A DNA stretch of 64,000 nt from an uncultured Gemmatimonadales bacterium. Lineage in GTDB: Bacteria; Gemmatimonadota; Gemmatimonadetes; Gemmatimonadales; GWC2-71-9. Where the stretch lies: contig CAWJMT010000009.1 in assembly GCA_963844035.1 (NCBI GenBank), forward strand, positions 1-64,000, read 5' to 3'. This document shows, piece after piece, positions 9,348 to 19,684 of the stretch. The translations under genes were made by a program, and so were the position numbers. The stretch's first letter is position 1; each line of letters starts with the position of its first letter. The notes under the pieces are model-generated. The model made no database searches. It worked only from the letters and a program-made list of their open reading frames with translations, and was not told the DNA's origin.

Positions 9348-11377
9348 ACGGCGTAGTCGGGCATGCAGCAACCCTGAGCGCCCTGGCGCTCTCGGTCTTC
9401 GGGGTGGTCGTTGCATTCGTTGGTGGGCGGCGGCGCGACGCCCGGTATGTCATCGCCGCCCAGCGGGCCGGGGTGGGCGTCTTTGCCCTCGTTGTGCTGG
9501 CATTCGTGATGATGGAGCGGGCGCTGATCACGCATGACTTCAGCGTCAGTTACGTCGCCCAGGTGGGCAGCCGGGCCACACCACTCTTCTACACGATCAT
9601 TTCGGCGTGGAGCGCACTCGAGGGTTCCATCCTTTTGTGGGCGCTCATCCTCGCGACATACACGGCGCTGCTGGCGCTCTGGACCCGACGTCAAGGCGAC
9701 CCCCGCGCCGGCGTCGATCCGCAGCTGCCCTATGCTCTGGGAACCCTGTTTTTCGTCAATATCTTCTTCCTCCTCCTCATCTCGTGGCCTGCGAATCCGT
9801 TCCGCGCCATGAGCCCGATTCCACCGGACGGCCCGGGGCCGAACGCACTGCTGCAGAACAGCCCCTTCATGGGCGTTCATCCCCCGCTCCTCTATATCGG
9901 ATACGTGGGCATGTCGGTGCCGTTCGCGCTGGCGACGGGCGCGCTGCTCGCTGGCCGCCTGAATCCCGATTGGCCGAAGGTGATCCGGCGCTGGACGATG
10001 ATACCGTGGACCTTCTTGTCGCTTGGCATCGTGGCCGGCGCCTGGTGGTCGTACGAGGTCCTCGGATGGGGCGGGTACTGGGCCTGGGACCCGGTCGAGA
10101 ACGCCTCCTTCATGCCGTGGCTCACCGCCACGGCGTTTTTGCACTCGGTGATGGTGCAAGAACGGCGGGGAATGCTGAAGACATGGACGATCACGCTGAT
10201 CGTGTCCACGTTCCTCCTGACGGTGCTGGGCACGTTCCTCACGCGCAGCGGAGTACTCGCCAGCGTGCATGCCTTCACGCAGAGCCCGATCGGCCCGTTC
10301 TTCCTGACCTTCCTCGGGATCGTGCTGCTGGCCTCACTGACGTTGCTGGCGTGGCGCAGTGAGGCGTTGAGCAGCGAGGGACGGTTCGATGCCGCGCTGT
10401 CGCGCGAGTCGGCGTTCATGATCAACAACCTGCTGTTCGCCGGCTTCACGTTCGTCGTGCTGCTCGGCACGATGTTCCCCCTGATCGCTGAAGCCGCGCG
10501 GGGAGTCAAGGTCAGCGTCGGCGGCCCGTACTTCAACCAGATGAGCGTGCCGATCGCCCTGATGCTCATTTTCCTGGCGGGCGTGGGACCGGCCCTCCCC
10601 TGGCGCAAAGGCTCGCTCGAGCTGTTGCGGGGCAAGTTCCGCTGGCCGACGATCGCCGCCCTGGCAGCGGGCGTGGTGCTCGCCGTCGCGGGCGTGCGTG
10701 CCCCGCTCGCCTGGCTGGCGTTCGTGCTTGCGGTGTTCTCGACGGGGCTCTTGGCCGTGGAATTCCTCGGCCCGGCGCGCGCCCGCCGCTCGACCACCGG
10801 CGAGTCGTGGCCGCTGGCGCTGTGGCGGGTGTGCGCGAGCAATCGCCGCCGCTACGGCGGGTACGTCGTGCACGGGGGCATCCTGGTGCTCGCGGTTGGA
10901 GTCGCTTCGTCCGCGACGTTCCGGAAAGAGCAGGAGTGGAATCTGGAGCGGGGCCATACCGAGGCGTTCGGACGCTACCAGATCCGCTTGGACTCGGTCT
11001 GGGCCGTCCATGAATCGAACCGGGACGGAGTGATCGCGGCCACCACGGTAACAGTGGGTGGCAAGGTCCTGACCCGTCTATCTCCCCGTCTCAACTACTA
11101 CAAATCGGCCATGGAGCCGATCGGCACGCCGGCGGTGCGGGAGAGTCTGCGGGAGGACATCTACCTCGTGCTGATGGCGTACACCGCCGACGGGTCGCAC
11201 GCCACGATCAAGGCGATCGCGAGTCCGCTCGTGGCGTGGATTTGGCTTGGGGGGGGCATCGTGGGGCTGGGAGCACTGTTCGCTCTTTGGCCTGGCGGGG
11301 CTGGAGCGACGCGCCGCGACCCGATTCCAGAGCCGGGTCGCGCCCGGGCCCGTCCCGTAAGTGAGGCGAGGGTATGA
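9344..11377 (+). CDS. ccmF: Cytochrome c heme lyase CcmF
   Basis: HPPLLY, WGGYWAWDPVEN, TRSG..SVHAF. Confidence 0.95.
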   Translation: MNGVVGHAATLSALALSVFGVVVAFVGGRRRDARYVIAAQRAGVGVFALVVLAFVMMERALITHDFSVSYVAQVGSRATPLFYTIISAWSALEGSILLWALILATYTALLALWTRRQGDPRAGVDPQLPYALGTLFFVNIFFLLLISWPANPFRAMSPIPPDGPGPNALLQNSPFMGVHPPLLYIGYVGMSVPFALATGALLAGRLNPDWPKVIRRWTMIPWTFLSLGIVAGAWWSYEVLGWGGYWAWDPVENASFMPWLTATAFLHSVMVQERRGMLKTWTITLIVSTFLLTVLGTFLTRSGVLASVHAFTQSPIGPFFLTFLGIVLLASLTLLAWRSEALSSEGRFDAALSRESAFMINNLLFAGFTFVVLLGTMFPLIAEAARGVKVSVGGPYFNQMSVPIALMLIFLAGVGPALPWRKGSLELLRGKFRWPTIAALAAGVVLAVAGVRAPLAWLAFVLAVFSTGLLAVEFLGPARARRSTTGESWPLALWRVCASNRRRYGGYVVHGGILVLAVGVASSATFRKEQEWNLERGHTEAFGRYQIRLDSVWAVHESNRDGVIAATTVTVGGKVLTRLSPRLNYYKSAMEPIGTPAVRESLREDIYLVLMAYTADGSHATIKAIASPLVAWIWLGGGIVGLGALFALWPGGAGATRRDPIPEPGRARARPVSEARV

Positions 11378-12003
11378 AATGGAAGCAGTGGGCGATTCCG
11401 GCTAGCGGTGTACCGGTCGTCGCCTTCCTTGCCTGGGGACTCACCCAGGACCCTCATACGATTCCCTCTCCCCTGCCCGGCAAGCCCGCACCGGAGTTTG
11501 CACTCGAGACACTCAACGGTGACTCGCTGCGGTCGGATGCCCTCAAGGGGCACGTCGTACTGGTGAACTTCTGGGCGTCATGGTGCCTCGCCTGCCGTGC
11601 CGAGCATCCCGTCCTGGTGGAAGCGGCCAAGCGCTACCACGACCAGGGGCTGCGGGTGGTGGGGGTGGTGTATGAAGACTCGCGCGACAACGCCCGGGCC
11701 TGGATCGCCGAACGGGGTGGGGATTGGCCCAACGTGCTCGACGTGGGGAGTCACACAGCGATTGCGTATGGGTTGTTCGGGGTGCCGGAGACTTTCTTCG
11801 TTGGTCGCGATGGCCGCATCCTCTACAAGCAGATTGGTCCGCTGGACAAGGAAGTGATCGACCAGTGGGTGCCCAAGCTCCTCGCGGCCGGGGCTGAGGC
11901 CGCGGCTGCGCCGGCTGACACCTTTGCCGAGGGCCGGAGTGCAGGGCACGTGCGGGCTTCCCCTGAGTTCCCGACGGCGCGCGGGACCGCGCGCCCCAAG
12001 TAG
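11374..12003 (+). CDS. ccmG: Thiol-disulfide oxidoreductase CcmG/DsbE
   Basis: NFWASWCLAC, GVPETF. Confidence 0.9.
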   Translation: MKWKQWAIPASGVPVVAFLAWGLTQDPHTIPSPLPGKPAPEFALETLNGDSLRSDALKGHVVLVNFWASWCLACRAEHPVLVEAAKRYHDQGLRVVGVVYEDSRDNARAWIAERGGDWPNVLDVGSHTAIAYGLFGVPETFFVGRDGRILYKQIGPLDKEVIDQWVPKLLAAGAEAAAAPADTFAEGRSAGHVRASPEFPTARGTARPK

Positions 12004-12005
12004 CC

Positions 12006-13322
12006 ATGCGGTTCCAATCGCCCATCATCGCCGTGCTGACGTGGTGGCTCGCCGCAGCCGCCCCGCTCGCGGCGCAGGCGCGGCCCGATTCCGTGGTGAT
12101 CCCCAAGGACGCCGCGTTCGAAGCGAAGGTACGGGACGTGGCATTGTCGTTGCGATGCCCGGTGTGCCAAAACAATTCCATCGAAGAGTCCCCGCGGTCC
12201 TCGCGCAGGACATGAAGCGGGAAGTCCGGCAGCGCCTCGCCGCGGGTGAGTCGCCGGACGAGATCCGCCGCTACTTCGTCTCGCGCTACGGTGAATGGGT
12301 GCTCACCAAGCCTCGCGCCGCGGGCGTCAACCTTTCGGTCTGGCTGCTACCGGTGGTCGCGCTGTTTGCGGGCGCTCTCGTGGTCTGGAGCGCCGTACGC
12401 CGTTGGGTACGGCAGGGCGACGCCGCACGCGTTCAGGCCGCGGTCCCGGCGGCGCCGTCCGTCACGGAGCCCGTGGCCGCGCTCGATGCGGGCGAACTCC
12501 GCGCCCGCAAGGCGACGCTCCAGGCATCGCTCCAGGAGCTCGCCTCGGAGTTCGAGGCCGGGCGGCTCGACGCCCGCGACCTGGCGATCCTCAAGGAGCG
12601 TGACGAAGCCGAGCTGGCCAAAGTGGTGGAGTCTCTGAAGCGGCTGAAGAAAGAGACCGCGGATGCCGGCAAGACCCGCGCCGAGGCCCGCCCCGCAACG
12701 GCGGGGCCCGGCGGAGTCTGGCTCGCGACGGCTCGGCTGGAGCGTCGGGCTCGCGGGGTTCGCGCTGATCCTGGTGCTGACGCTACGGGGCTCGGTCGCG
12801 GCCCGACCCGAGGGAGCGGTGATCACCGGGTCGCAGGTGGCCAGCGTGGCGCCGGTCGACATGGAGCTTCAGAAGATTGGTCCCCTCGACTCGCTGCGCA
12901 TCGCGCAGCTGGAGGCGAAGGTCGCCGGGGATTCGACGAACGTACCGGCGCTGATCGAGCTGGGGCACCTCTATCTCGCGCAGGGATTGATCGAGAAAGC
13001 GACATTGGTGGATACGCTTGCGATCCGGTTGCAGCCGGATGCGCCGAGCAGCGCCGAGGCATTCGCGCACCTCGGCATGATTCTGTGGGGCACGGGCGAG
13101 ACCGAGGGCGCGCTTCAGTCGCTCGACAAGGCAGTGTTCCTGCGTCCGGAGCTGCCCGAAGCATTGCTGTACCGCGGGATCATTTTGTTTCAGGGGATGC
13201 AAGACATGGCGGCCGCCGCCGACGCATTCGATCACTACCTCGCTGTGGCGCCACCGGATGCCAACACCGGACGCATACGGGCCCTGCGCGATGCCGCACG
13301 GCAGGCAGCCACCGGGAGCTAG
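12006..13322 (+). CDS. ccmH: CcmH fused to or followed by a CcmI-like TPR region (frameshifts near 12195 and 12700)
   Basis: LRCPVCQN, YFVSRYGEWVL.KP; downstream TM segment and TPR-like helices in ORF 12663..13322. Confidence 0.8.
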
Positions 13323-13421
13323 AACGACAGAGCTCGCAAGCAGCTACCGTTGCGTCCGAATCAGCACTCCTGCAGCAGGTCGCCGTACCCGTCGTCCCGC
13401 TTGACGCGCTCCGGCGACCGA

Positions 13422-13874
13422 TCAGCATACCCGTCCGTTCCGCAGCCCCTCCAGGCCTTCGGCAGTCCTGGATCGGGTCTCCATTGTGGTCGAGTCCACA
13501 GTTTCTTCGTGTCCATTCGGCCCGGCGTCAGAAATGAGCCCAAAGTAGAGCCCAGCAACCGTGGCGACTCCCAGCGTGGTAAGCAGGATCGCCGTCCTGG
13601 TGCCATCGTGGACCTTCGCTTCGACGCTGCTGATCTCGCCGAGCGGAATCTTGACGCGTGCCCCGTCGAGCACACCTCGCAACGTGTCCCGCCTGACCTC
13701 GGGCTCGCCGACCGAAACGACGGTGTTGTTCTTGTAGGTCACCAACACGAAGGGGGGAGCGTTGTCTTGGAGGTAGGAAACGGGCTCGATGCGCCGAACC
13801 GACTTGCAGGAGGCCACGGCCGCGACTTCCAGGACAGCGCCGACCATCGCGATACGACGGTTGCGCACCATCAT
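13422..13874 (-). CDS. Tandem-array lipoprotein-like paralog A
   Basis: VASC lipobox-like site, PPFVLVTY..VGEPEVRRDTLRG..KIPL core, C-terminal hydrophobic helix; CGLDHNGDPIQDC in an adjacent frame. Confidence 0.65.
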   Translation of the reverse strand: MMVRNRRIAMVGAVLEVAAVASCKSVRRIEPVSYLQDNAPPFVLVTYKNNTVVSVGEPEVRRDTLRGVLDGARVKIPLGEISSVEAKVHDGTRTAILLTTLGVATVAGLYFGLISDAGPNGHEETVDSTTMETRSRTAEGLEGLRNGRVC

Positions 13875-13932
13875 CAGGCGTCCCTCGGAGATCGTGGGAG
13901 CATGCTTGACCATACAGTGGCACGGACAAGAT

Positions 13933-13966
13933 AAGGCGGGCGTAGTCACTCCGCTACGCCCGCCTT
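13933..13966 (-). terminator. Hairpin after array gene B
   Basis: AAGGCGGGCGTAG/CTACGCCCGCCTT inverted repeat. Confidence 0.55.
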
Positions 13967-14008
13967 TGACTCACCCGACGCCCGCTGGTGCGATTGGCAG
14001 GCCGAGCT

Positions 14009-14435
14009 TCACTCGGGGTCTAGCGGACAACAGTAGCCGGTCGGGGTGCCCTTTCACGACCGGACAACCAGTGAAGTTCGGGTCCCCGCCGTTACCAGCC
14101 GTCGAGATGGTGTACGCCACGCCCACGGTGGCCGCGGTCAGCACGGTCGCCAGCAGAATGGTCCTCTTCGGCGACGGCATCTTGGCCTGGACGGTCTGGA
14201 TCTCCGTCAGATGAAATCGCGACCGGCTCCGCGAGCCCCTGCCACGTGCCCAGCAGGCTGTCCCCGACGATCTTCGGGTCCGGACGACGGGAACGAATGA
14301 GTTGTCGGTGTAGGTGACCCACACGATGGGCGGGTTGTGCTCCGGGATGTACACGGTGGGCTGCACCGGCTTGACCACGTGACAGCCGGCGACGGCGACG
14401 ACCAGCCCAGCCAATGCGACGCTGTTCAGTTTCAT
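14009..14435 (-). CDS. Tandem-array lipoprotein-like paralog B (frameshifted)
   Basis: MKLNSVALAGLVVAVAGC lipobox; PPIVWVTYTDNSFVPV; tail GCPVVKG.PTGYCCPLDPE. Confidence 0.65.
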
Positions 14436-14689
14436 AACCTCGTGTCCTCTCGAGGGGTGTAGATTTGCAGACTCTACGTTCGCAGCTTGAAGCGTCCCTG
14501 GGGAATTGTCAAGGGTCGGCGGGTCGTCCCAAGGCAAATCGTTGCATTTAGCAAGACGGGTGTGGCACCCACAGGACTGGGGGTTCGCTTCGAAGCTAGA
14601 TAACGGAAGCACGAAGGTGGCGTAGCGATCACCGTTACGCCACCTTCCACAACCTGCTCGGCCGTGTGCCGTCAACAGCTTCGTGTTTC

Positions 14690-15107
14690 TCTCCGGGGTC
14701 AAGCGGACAACAGTAGCCGGTCGGTGTGCCCTTCGTAGCGACGACGGTGAAGTTCGGGTCCCCCGCTCCCAGCCGTCGAGATCTGTATAGGCCACGCCGA
14801 CGGCCGCCGGTTACGACGGTGGCCAGTAGCACGGTCCGCTTCGGGACGGCATCTTGGCCTGGACGGTCTTGATATCCGATCAGAGAATCGCGACGGGTTC
14901 CGCGAGCCCCTGCCACGTGCCCATCAGGCTGTCGCCGACGATCTTCGGCTCGGACACGGGAACGAATGAGTTGTCGGTGTACGTCACCCACACGACGGGT
15001 GGGTTCTGCTCCGGGATGAACACGGTGGGCTGAACGATTCCTGACCACGTGACAGCCGGCGACGGCGACGACCAAGCCCAGCGCACGGCGACGCTGTTCA
15101 GCTTCAT
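14690..15107 (-). CDS. Tandem-array lipoprotein-like paralog C (frameshifted, 3' end approximate)
   Basis: MKLNSV..VAVAGCHVV, PPVVWVTYTDNSFVPVSEPKIVGDSL, tail KGTPTGYCCPLDP. Confidence 0.6.
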
Positions 15108-15339
15108 AGACTGCCATCCTCTCGAGGGGTGTACCTCTACACGGTTGCTACGTGTCAGGCTCGAAGCCTCCCGTAGGGAATTTGTTCAGGAGCCGATACA
15201 GAACCGTTCCAACGAGCAAGTACGGGACGGCACGGCCATGAGGACAAGAAAGAAAGGCGGGCGTGGTCACCGCTTCACCACGCCCGCACCTTCTGTCGGA
15301 CCCGGCGGTCGCTGAACGGAACGCGCCGGCGGGGTTCTC

Positions 15340-15780
15340 TTACGCCGCTCGACGGCGCTCGGATCCACTGCGGACAATGCCGGAGTCGGCGTACCCTTCA
15401 CGACGCGGACAGCCGGAGAAGTTCGGGTCCCCGCCGTTGCCGGCCGTCGAAATGGTGTAGGCAACGCCTACGGTGGCCGCGGTCAACACGGTGGCCAGCA
15501 GAATGGTCCGCTTCGGCGACGGCATCTTGGCCTGGACGGTCTTGATCTCGCTCAGGTGAAATGGCGACCGGCTCCGCGAGCCCCGACCACGTGCCCATCA
15601 AGCTGTCCCCGACGATCTTCGGCTCTGACACTGGAACGAAGGAGTTGTCGGTGTAGGTCACCCACACGACGGGTGGGTTATGCTCGGGGATGATACACGC
15701 GTGGGCTGAACCGGCTTGACCACGTGACAGCCGGCGACGGCGACAACCAACCCCGCCAACACGACGTTGTTCAGTTTCAT
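15340..15780 (-). CDS. Tandem-array lipoprotein-like paralog D (frameshifted)
   Basis: MKLNNVVLAGLVVAVAGCHVVKPV; core as in B and C (ORFs 15398..15667 and 15340..15525). Confidence 0.6.
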
Positions 15781-15957
15781 AACCTGTCCTCTCGAGGGGT
15801 GTGCTCTACAGTCTACGTGTACCTTGAGGCGTCCGTTGGGAATTGCAAGGGGGGCCGTTTCAATCTAGCAGGAGGGTTGCTTGATTGTACCCGCCAGACG
15901 CCGATTGGGTTCGGTGCCGTCGCTACAGGCATCCCCAACCGCTAGGACGAGCTGCAG

Positions 15958-16365
15958 CTAGCAATACATGGAGGGGAAACCCCCGCACGTCGTACCCGCA
16001 GGTCGTACCTGGGTTCGAGCCAGCCTTCGAAATGGAGCCAAAATAGAGCGCCGACACGCGCCGCCACTCCCAGCGAGCCGACCAAGAGGGCCGTCTTGGT
16101 GTGGTCCTTGACCTTCGCCTCTACGCTCTGGATCTCGGACCAGAGGAATCCTCACCGGAGATCCCTGCACCGTTCCCCGCAACGTGTCCCGTCGGACCTC
16201 GGCTTCGGCGACCGCAACGACGATGGTGTCGCGATAGGTCACCCATACCAATCGAGGGGCGTGATCTTCGAGGTACGTCGTCGGGTAGATGGGCCGTACC
16301 GACGTACAGCGCGCCGACGCCAACAAGTCCGCAGCACAGACCGACAAGGCGACCCGGTCGAGCAT
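15958..16365 (-). CDS. Tandem-array lipoprotein-like paralog E (frameshifted, start uncertain)
   Basis: CTSVRPIYPTTYLEDHAPRLVWVTY..EVRRDTLRG; tail CGYDVRG...MYC. Confidence 0.6.
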   Translation of the reverse strand: MLDRVALSVCAADLLASARCTSVRPIYPTTYLEDHAPRLVWVTYRDTIVVAVAEAEVRRDTLRGTVQGSPVRIPLVRDPERRGEGQGPHQDGPLGRLAGSGGACRRSILAPFRRLARTQVRPAGTTCGGFPSMYC

Positions 16366-16410
16366 CCTGCCGGAGCCGGCGACGCAGCGAGCATGACGCC
16401 ATCCCGGGGG

Positions 16411-16825
16411 CTACATGCACTGCGGACTTCGCCTCGGGGTGTTCTTCCACGGCGTCGTTGGCGCAGTCGATGGTCACTCCCTCGGTCCCGACTGCGAAAT
16501 CCACAGGCGACGTAGATCGCCGGAAACAGCACCTACCCCCAGGGTAGCGAGCACAGAGCCCGTCTTGGTACCGTCCCGCACCTTCGCCTGGACGCTCTGA
16601 ATCGTCCGCCAGCGGAATCTTTACGCGAGCCCCTTCCAACGTTCCCCGCAGGGTGTCCCGCCGCACTTCAGGCTCGGCGACCGAAACCACCGTGTCGTTG
16701 TGGTAGGTCACCCACACCACCGGGGGGGCGTTCTCCTCGAGGTACGTCGTGGGATGGATGGGCCGTACCGACGTGCAGGCGCCGACCGTCACGAGTCCCA
16801 GGAGCAGACCGGCCACGGGCAACTT
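16411..16825 (-). CDS. Tandem-array lipoprotein-like paralog F (frameshifted, start uncertain)
   Basis: VGACTSVRPIHPTTYLEENAPPVVWVTY; tail CANDAVEEHPE..PQCM. Confidence 0.6.
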
Positions 16826-16836
16826 GTGGAGGGAGG

Positions 16837-17250
16837 TCAGCAATAGAGTTCGTTCCTCCCCCTCTTGTCGACCCCACAGTAGACGCGTCTCCGCCGCCGT
16901 TCGAAGACCCCGCCTGCGAAATGAGCCCGACGTAGAGAGCCGACAGCGCCGCCACTCCAAGGGTGCCGACCAACAGCGCCGTCTTCCCACCGTCGTGCAC
17001 CTTCGCCTGGACGGTCTGGACGTCTGCGAGCGGAATCTTTACGCGAGCTCCGTCCAGCGTTCCGCGCAGGGTGTCCCGCCGCACTTCGGGCTCGGTTGAC
17101 CGGAACCACCTTGTTGTCGTTATACGTCACCCACACGACCGGGGGGGCGTTGACTTCGAGGTACGTGGAGGGATGGATCGGCCGTACCGACGTGCAGGCG
17201 GCGGCGACGGCGCAGAATACTCCGACCAGTGCTACCCGGTTGTGCATCAT
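16837..17250 (-). CDS. Tandem-array lipoprotein-like paralog G (frameshifted)
   Basis: MMHNRVALVGVFCAVAAACTSVRP; tail CGVDKRGRNELYC. Confidence 0.65.
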   Translation of the reverse strand: MMHNRVALVGVFCAVAAACTSVRPIHPSTYLEVNAPPVVWVTYNDNKVVPVNRARSAAGHPARNAGRSSRKDSARRRPDRPGEGARRWEDGAVGRHPWSGGAVGSLRRAHFAGGVFERRRRRVYCGVDKRGRNELYC

Positions 17251-17336
17251 GTTCGCTTGTCCCCAGAAGTTTGGAAATTTCATGTGCAAGGCACATACCA
17301 GCGACCGCCGCGCGGCGACCGGTCCAGGACCCTCAC

Positions 17337-17753
17337 TCAGAATTCGCATTCCGGATGCTCATCGGGGTGCTTCGTGACCTCGTCGCCGGTGCAGTCCACG
17401 CCGACCTTGCTCGTCCCACCCGACACGAAGGCGAAGTACATGGTCGTGAGTGACCCCCGCCCCCACGCCGACCGCCAGGAGGGCCGTCCCGGTCTGGTTC
17501 GGCACCTTGGCCTCGACGGTGCGGATTTCCGACAAGGGAATCTTGATCCGCGCCCCCTGCAGCAATCCCCGCAGCGTATCCCGTTTGACTTCAGGCTCGG
17601 CAACGGGAACGACCGTGTTGTTTGCTGTAGGTCACCCACACCACCGGGGGGGCGTGCGTCTTCGAGGTATACCGCGGGTGGGACCGACCGCACGCTCGTG
17701 CAGGCGGCTACGCCGATGAGCAAACCCGCCGCGGCGAATCGACCACACCACAT
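17337..17753 (-). CDS. Tandem-array lipoprotein-like paralog H (frameshifted)
   Basis: LLIGVAACTSVRSVPP; RIKIPLSEIRTVEAKV; tail CTGDEVTKHPDEHPECEF. Confidence 0.65.
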   Translation of the reverse strand: MWCGRFAAAGLLIGVAACTSVRSVPPAVYLEDARPPGGVGDLQQTTRSFPLPSLKSNGIRCGDCCRGRGSRFPCRKSAPSRPRCRTRPGRPSWRSAWGRGSLTTMYFAFVSGGTSKVGVDCTGDEVTKHPDEHPECEF

Positions 17754-17853
17754 GGTCCGGAAGCCCCCGAGAGTAAAGAAGGACAGCTACGGCAACATTG
17801 ACCTGCCCCCAGGCGGCGTGTCAAGCTCGCGAGCGTGGTGGTGCTGCAAACTG

Positions 17854-18568
17854 TTACCGCGGCCGCCGGAACAACCGGTTCCAGCGAATCCGGAATGGAT
17901 CCGTGGCGACGCTCATATAGATGAAGAGGGTGCGCCCCAGGATGTGCGACCGGGGGAGGAATCCCCAGTAGCGACTGTCGTACGACTCGTCCCGGTTGTC
18001 CCCCATGACCCAGTACATGTCCTGCGGGAACAACGATCGGGCCCCAATCATGGGTGGTGGGACGGTAGTTCGCCGCGTCGCGCCCCACATAGTGGGGCAG
18101 GTGCAACGCACGGATCTGCTGGAGACGGAATCCTTCATCGGTGGCCGTGCCGCTGCCGAGGTGCAGGGTGTAGGGCTCGTCCAAGCGCCGACCGTTGCGA
18201 AACACCGTGTCGTGCACCATCCGCAGCGTGTCGCCCGGCGCGCCGATAACGCGCTTCACGATGTCGAGGTTCGGAGTGGAGTCCTCAACCGATCGAAAGA
18301 TGACGACGCGATCGCGCTGCGGCTCGGCGTATCCGGGGACGTGGAGGAAGCGAAGGCCGGTCAGCGGGATCTCGAGCTCGCCGCCGTAGGCCGCCTTGTT
18401 GACGAACAGGAAATCGCCCACGAGGAGCGTGTTTTCCATGCTGGCGGACGGAATGCGGAATGCCTCGACGACGTACGACCGGAGGAGAATCCAAATGACC
18501 AGGGCCGCGCCGATCGACTTAGCCCAGCCGAGCGCCCACTCCCGAAAGCTTTGTGGCGTCTGGCTCAG
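17854..18568 (-). CDS. lepB: Signal peptidase I (frameshift near 18020; start approximate)
   Basis: FRIPSASMENTL (catalytic Ser), IVKRVIG (Lys), MGDNRDESYDSRYWG. Confidence 0.9.
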
Positions 18569-19587
18569 GGGTGCTCGACCCAGTCGGCGATGAAGACGTT
18601 GGTTTCGCGGGGCTCTTTGCGCCCGCGGCCCGAGACCCACATCAGCTGCTTGCCGTCAGGCGAGAACATAGGGAACGCATCGAACTGACTGGATGTGGTA
18701 ACACGCTCGAGGCCCGTTCCGTCCAGGTTGACCAGGAACAGATCGAAGTCGTAGCCCTCGGGGTGGAGATAGTTGGACGCAAAGATGATACGCTTGCCAT
18801 CCGGGTGGAAATAGGGTGCGAAGCTCGGGCCGGCGAAGTGGATCACCATGCGCTGGTTCGAGCCGTCGGCGTTCATGACCCAGATGTCCACGTCCCACGG
18901 TTTCACGAGGGGGGGCCGCTCGGCCAGCCGCGAGGCATACTGAACGGAGTCCGCGCCGTGGGGATGGAAAGCGCGATACACGATCATCTTGCCGTCGGGC
19001 GAAAACGCGGGGCCGCCGTCGTACCCGAGCGTGTGCGTCAGGCGGCGGACGTTCGACCCGTCGATCTTCATCGTGTAGATCTCGAGATCGCCGTCCCTCA
19101 GCGACGTATAGACGATCGTCTTACCATCCGGTGAGACCGTGGCTTCGGCCGTATAGACCGAGTCTCTGGTCAAGGCGCGCTTGTCCGAGCCGTCGGCCTT
19201 GGCCGTATAGATGTTGTACGGGTACAGCGCCCACACGTAGCCCTTGGAGTGGTCCGGTGGCGGTGGGCAGGCCGAGTCGGCTGCTTCGGTACTGGCGTAG
19301 AGGATGCGATTGCCCTTCTGGTAGAACCACCCACACGTATTACGCCCGCGACCGCTCGAGACACGCCGCATCCCCGAGCCGTCCACCCCCATGGTGTACA
19401 TCTGGTCGCACTTCTCGTCGGGCCCGGTTCGCTGGAAGATGATCTGCTTTCCTGAGGCGGAGAAATAGGCCTCGGCGTTCTGGCCCCCATGGGTCAACTG
19501 CCGGATATTGCGAAGGTGGACCTCGCCCGAGTCTGGGCGCACGGCGCCCTGAGCGAGGGTCAGCAGCAGGAGTGCAGTCGCGCTCAT
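18565..19587 (-). CDS. Secreted TolB-like beta-propeller (PD40 repeat) protein
   Basis: Signal peptide and repeated SPDGK / P.FSPDG motifs. Confidence 0.85.
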   Translation of the reverse strand: MSATALLLLTLAQGAVRPDSGEVHLRNIRQLTHGGQNAEAYFSASGKQIIFQRTGPDEKCDQMYTMGVDGSGMRRVSSGRGRNTCGWFYQKGNRILYASTEAADSACPPPPDHSKGYVWALYPYNIYTAKADGSDKRALTRDSVYTAEATVSPDGKTIVYTSLRDGDLEIYTMKIDGSNVRRLTHTLGYDGGPAFSPDGKMIVYRAFHPHGADSVQYASRLAERPPLVKPWDVDIWVMNADGSNQRMVIHFAGPSFAPYFHPDGKRIIFASNYLHPEGYDFDLFLVNLDGTGLERVTTSSQFDAFPMFSPDGKQLMWVSGRGRKEPRETNVFIADWVEHP

Positions 19588-19684
19588 AGGGCTGGGAAGC
19601 TAGAGAACACGGGGAGTTTGGGCAACGGGCGGCGGGTTCCCCTGCGCCCGTTTGGAGCCAAATCCTAGTATAATTGTGGCTTCC

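Noticed and set aside
13422..17753. Array as a CRISPR, diversity-generating retroelement or integron cassette array
   Set aside because: The repeats are protein-coding paralogs. No reverse transcriptase, cas gene, integrase, attC-like site or adenine-specific template/variable pair was seen.
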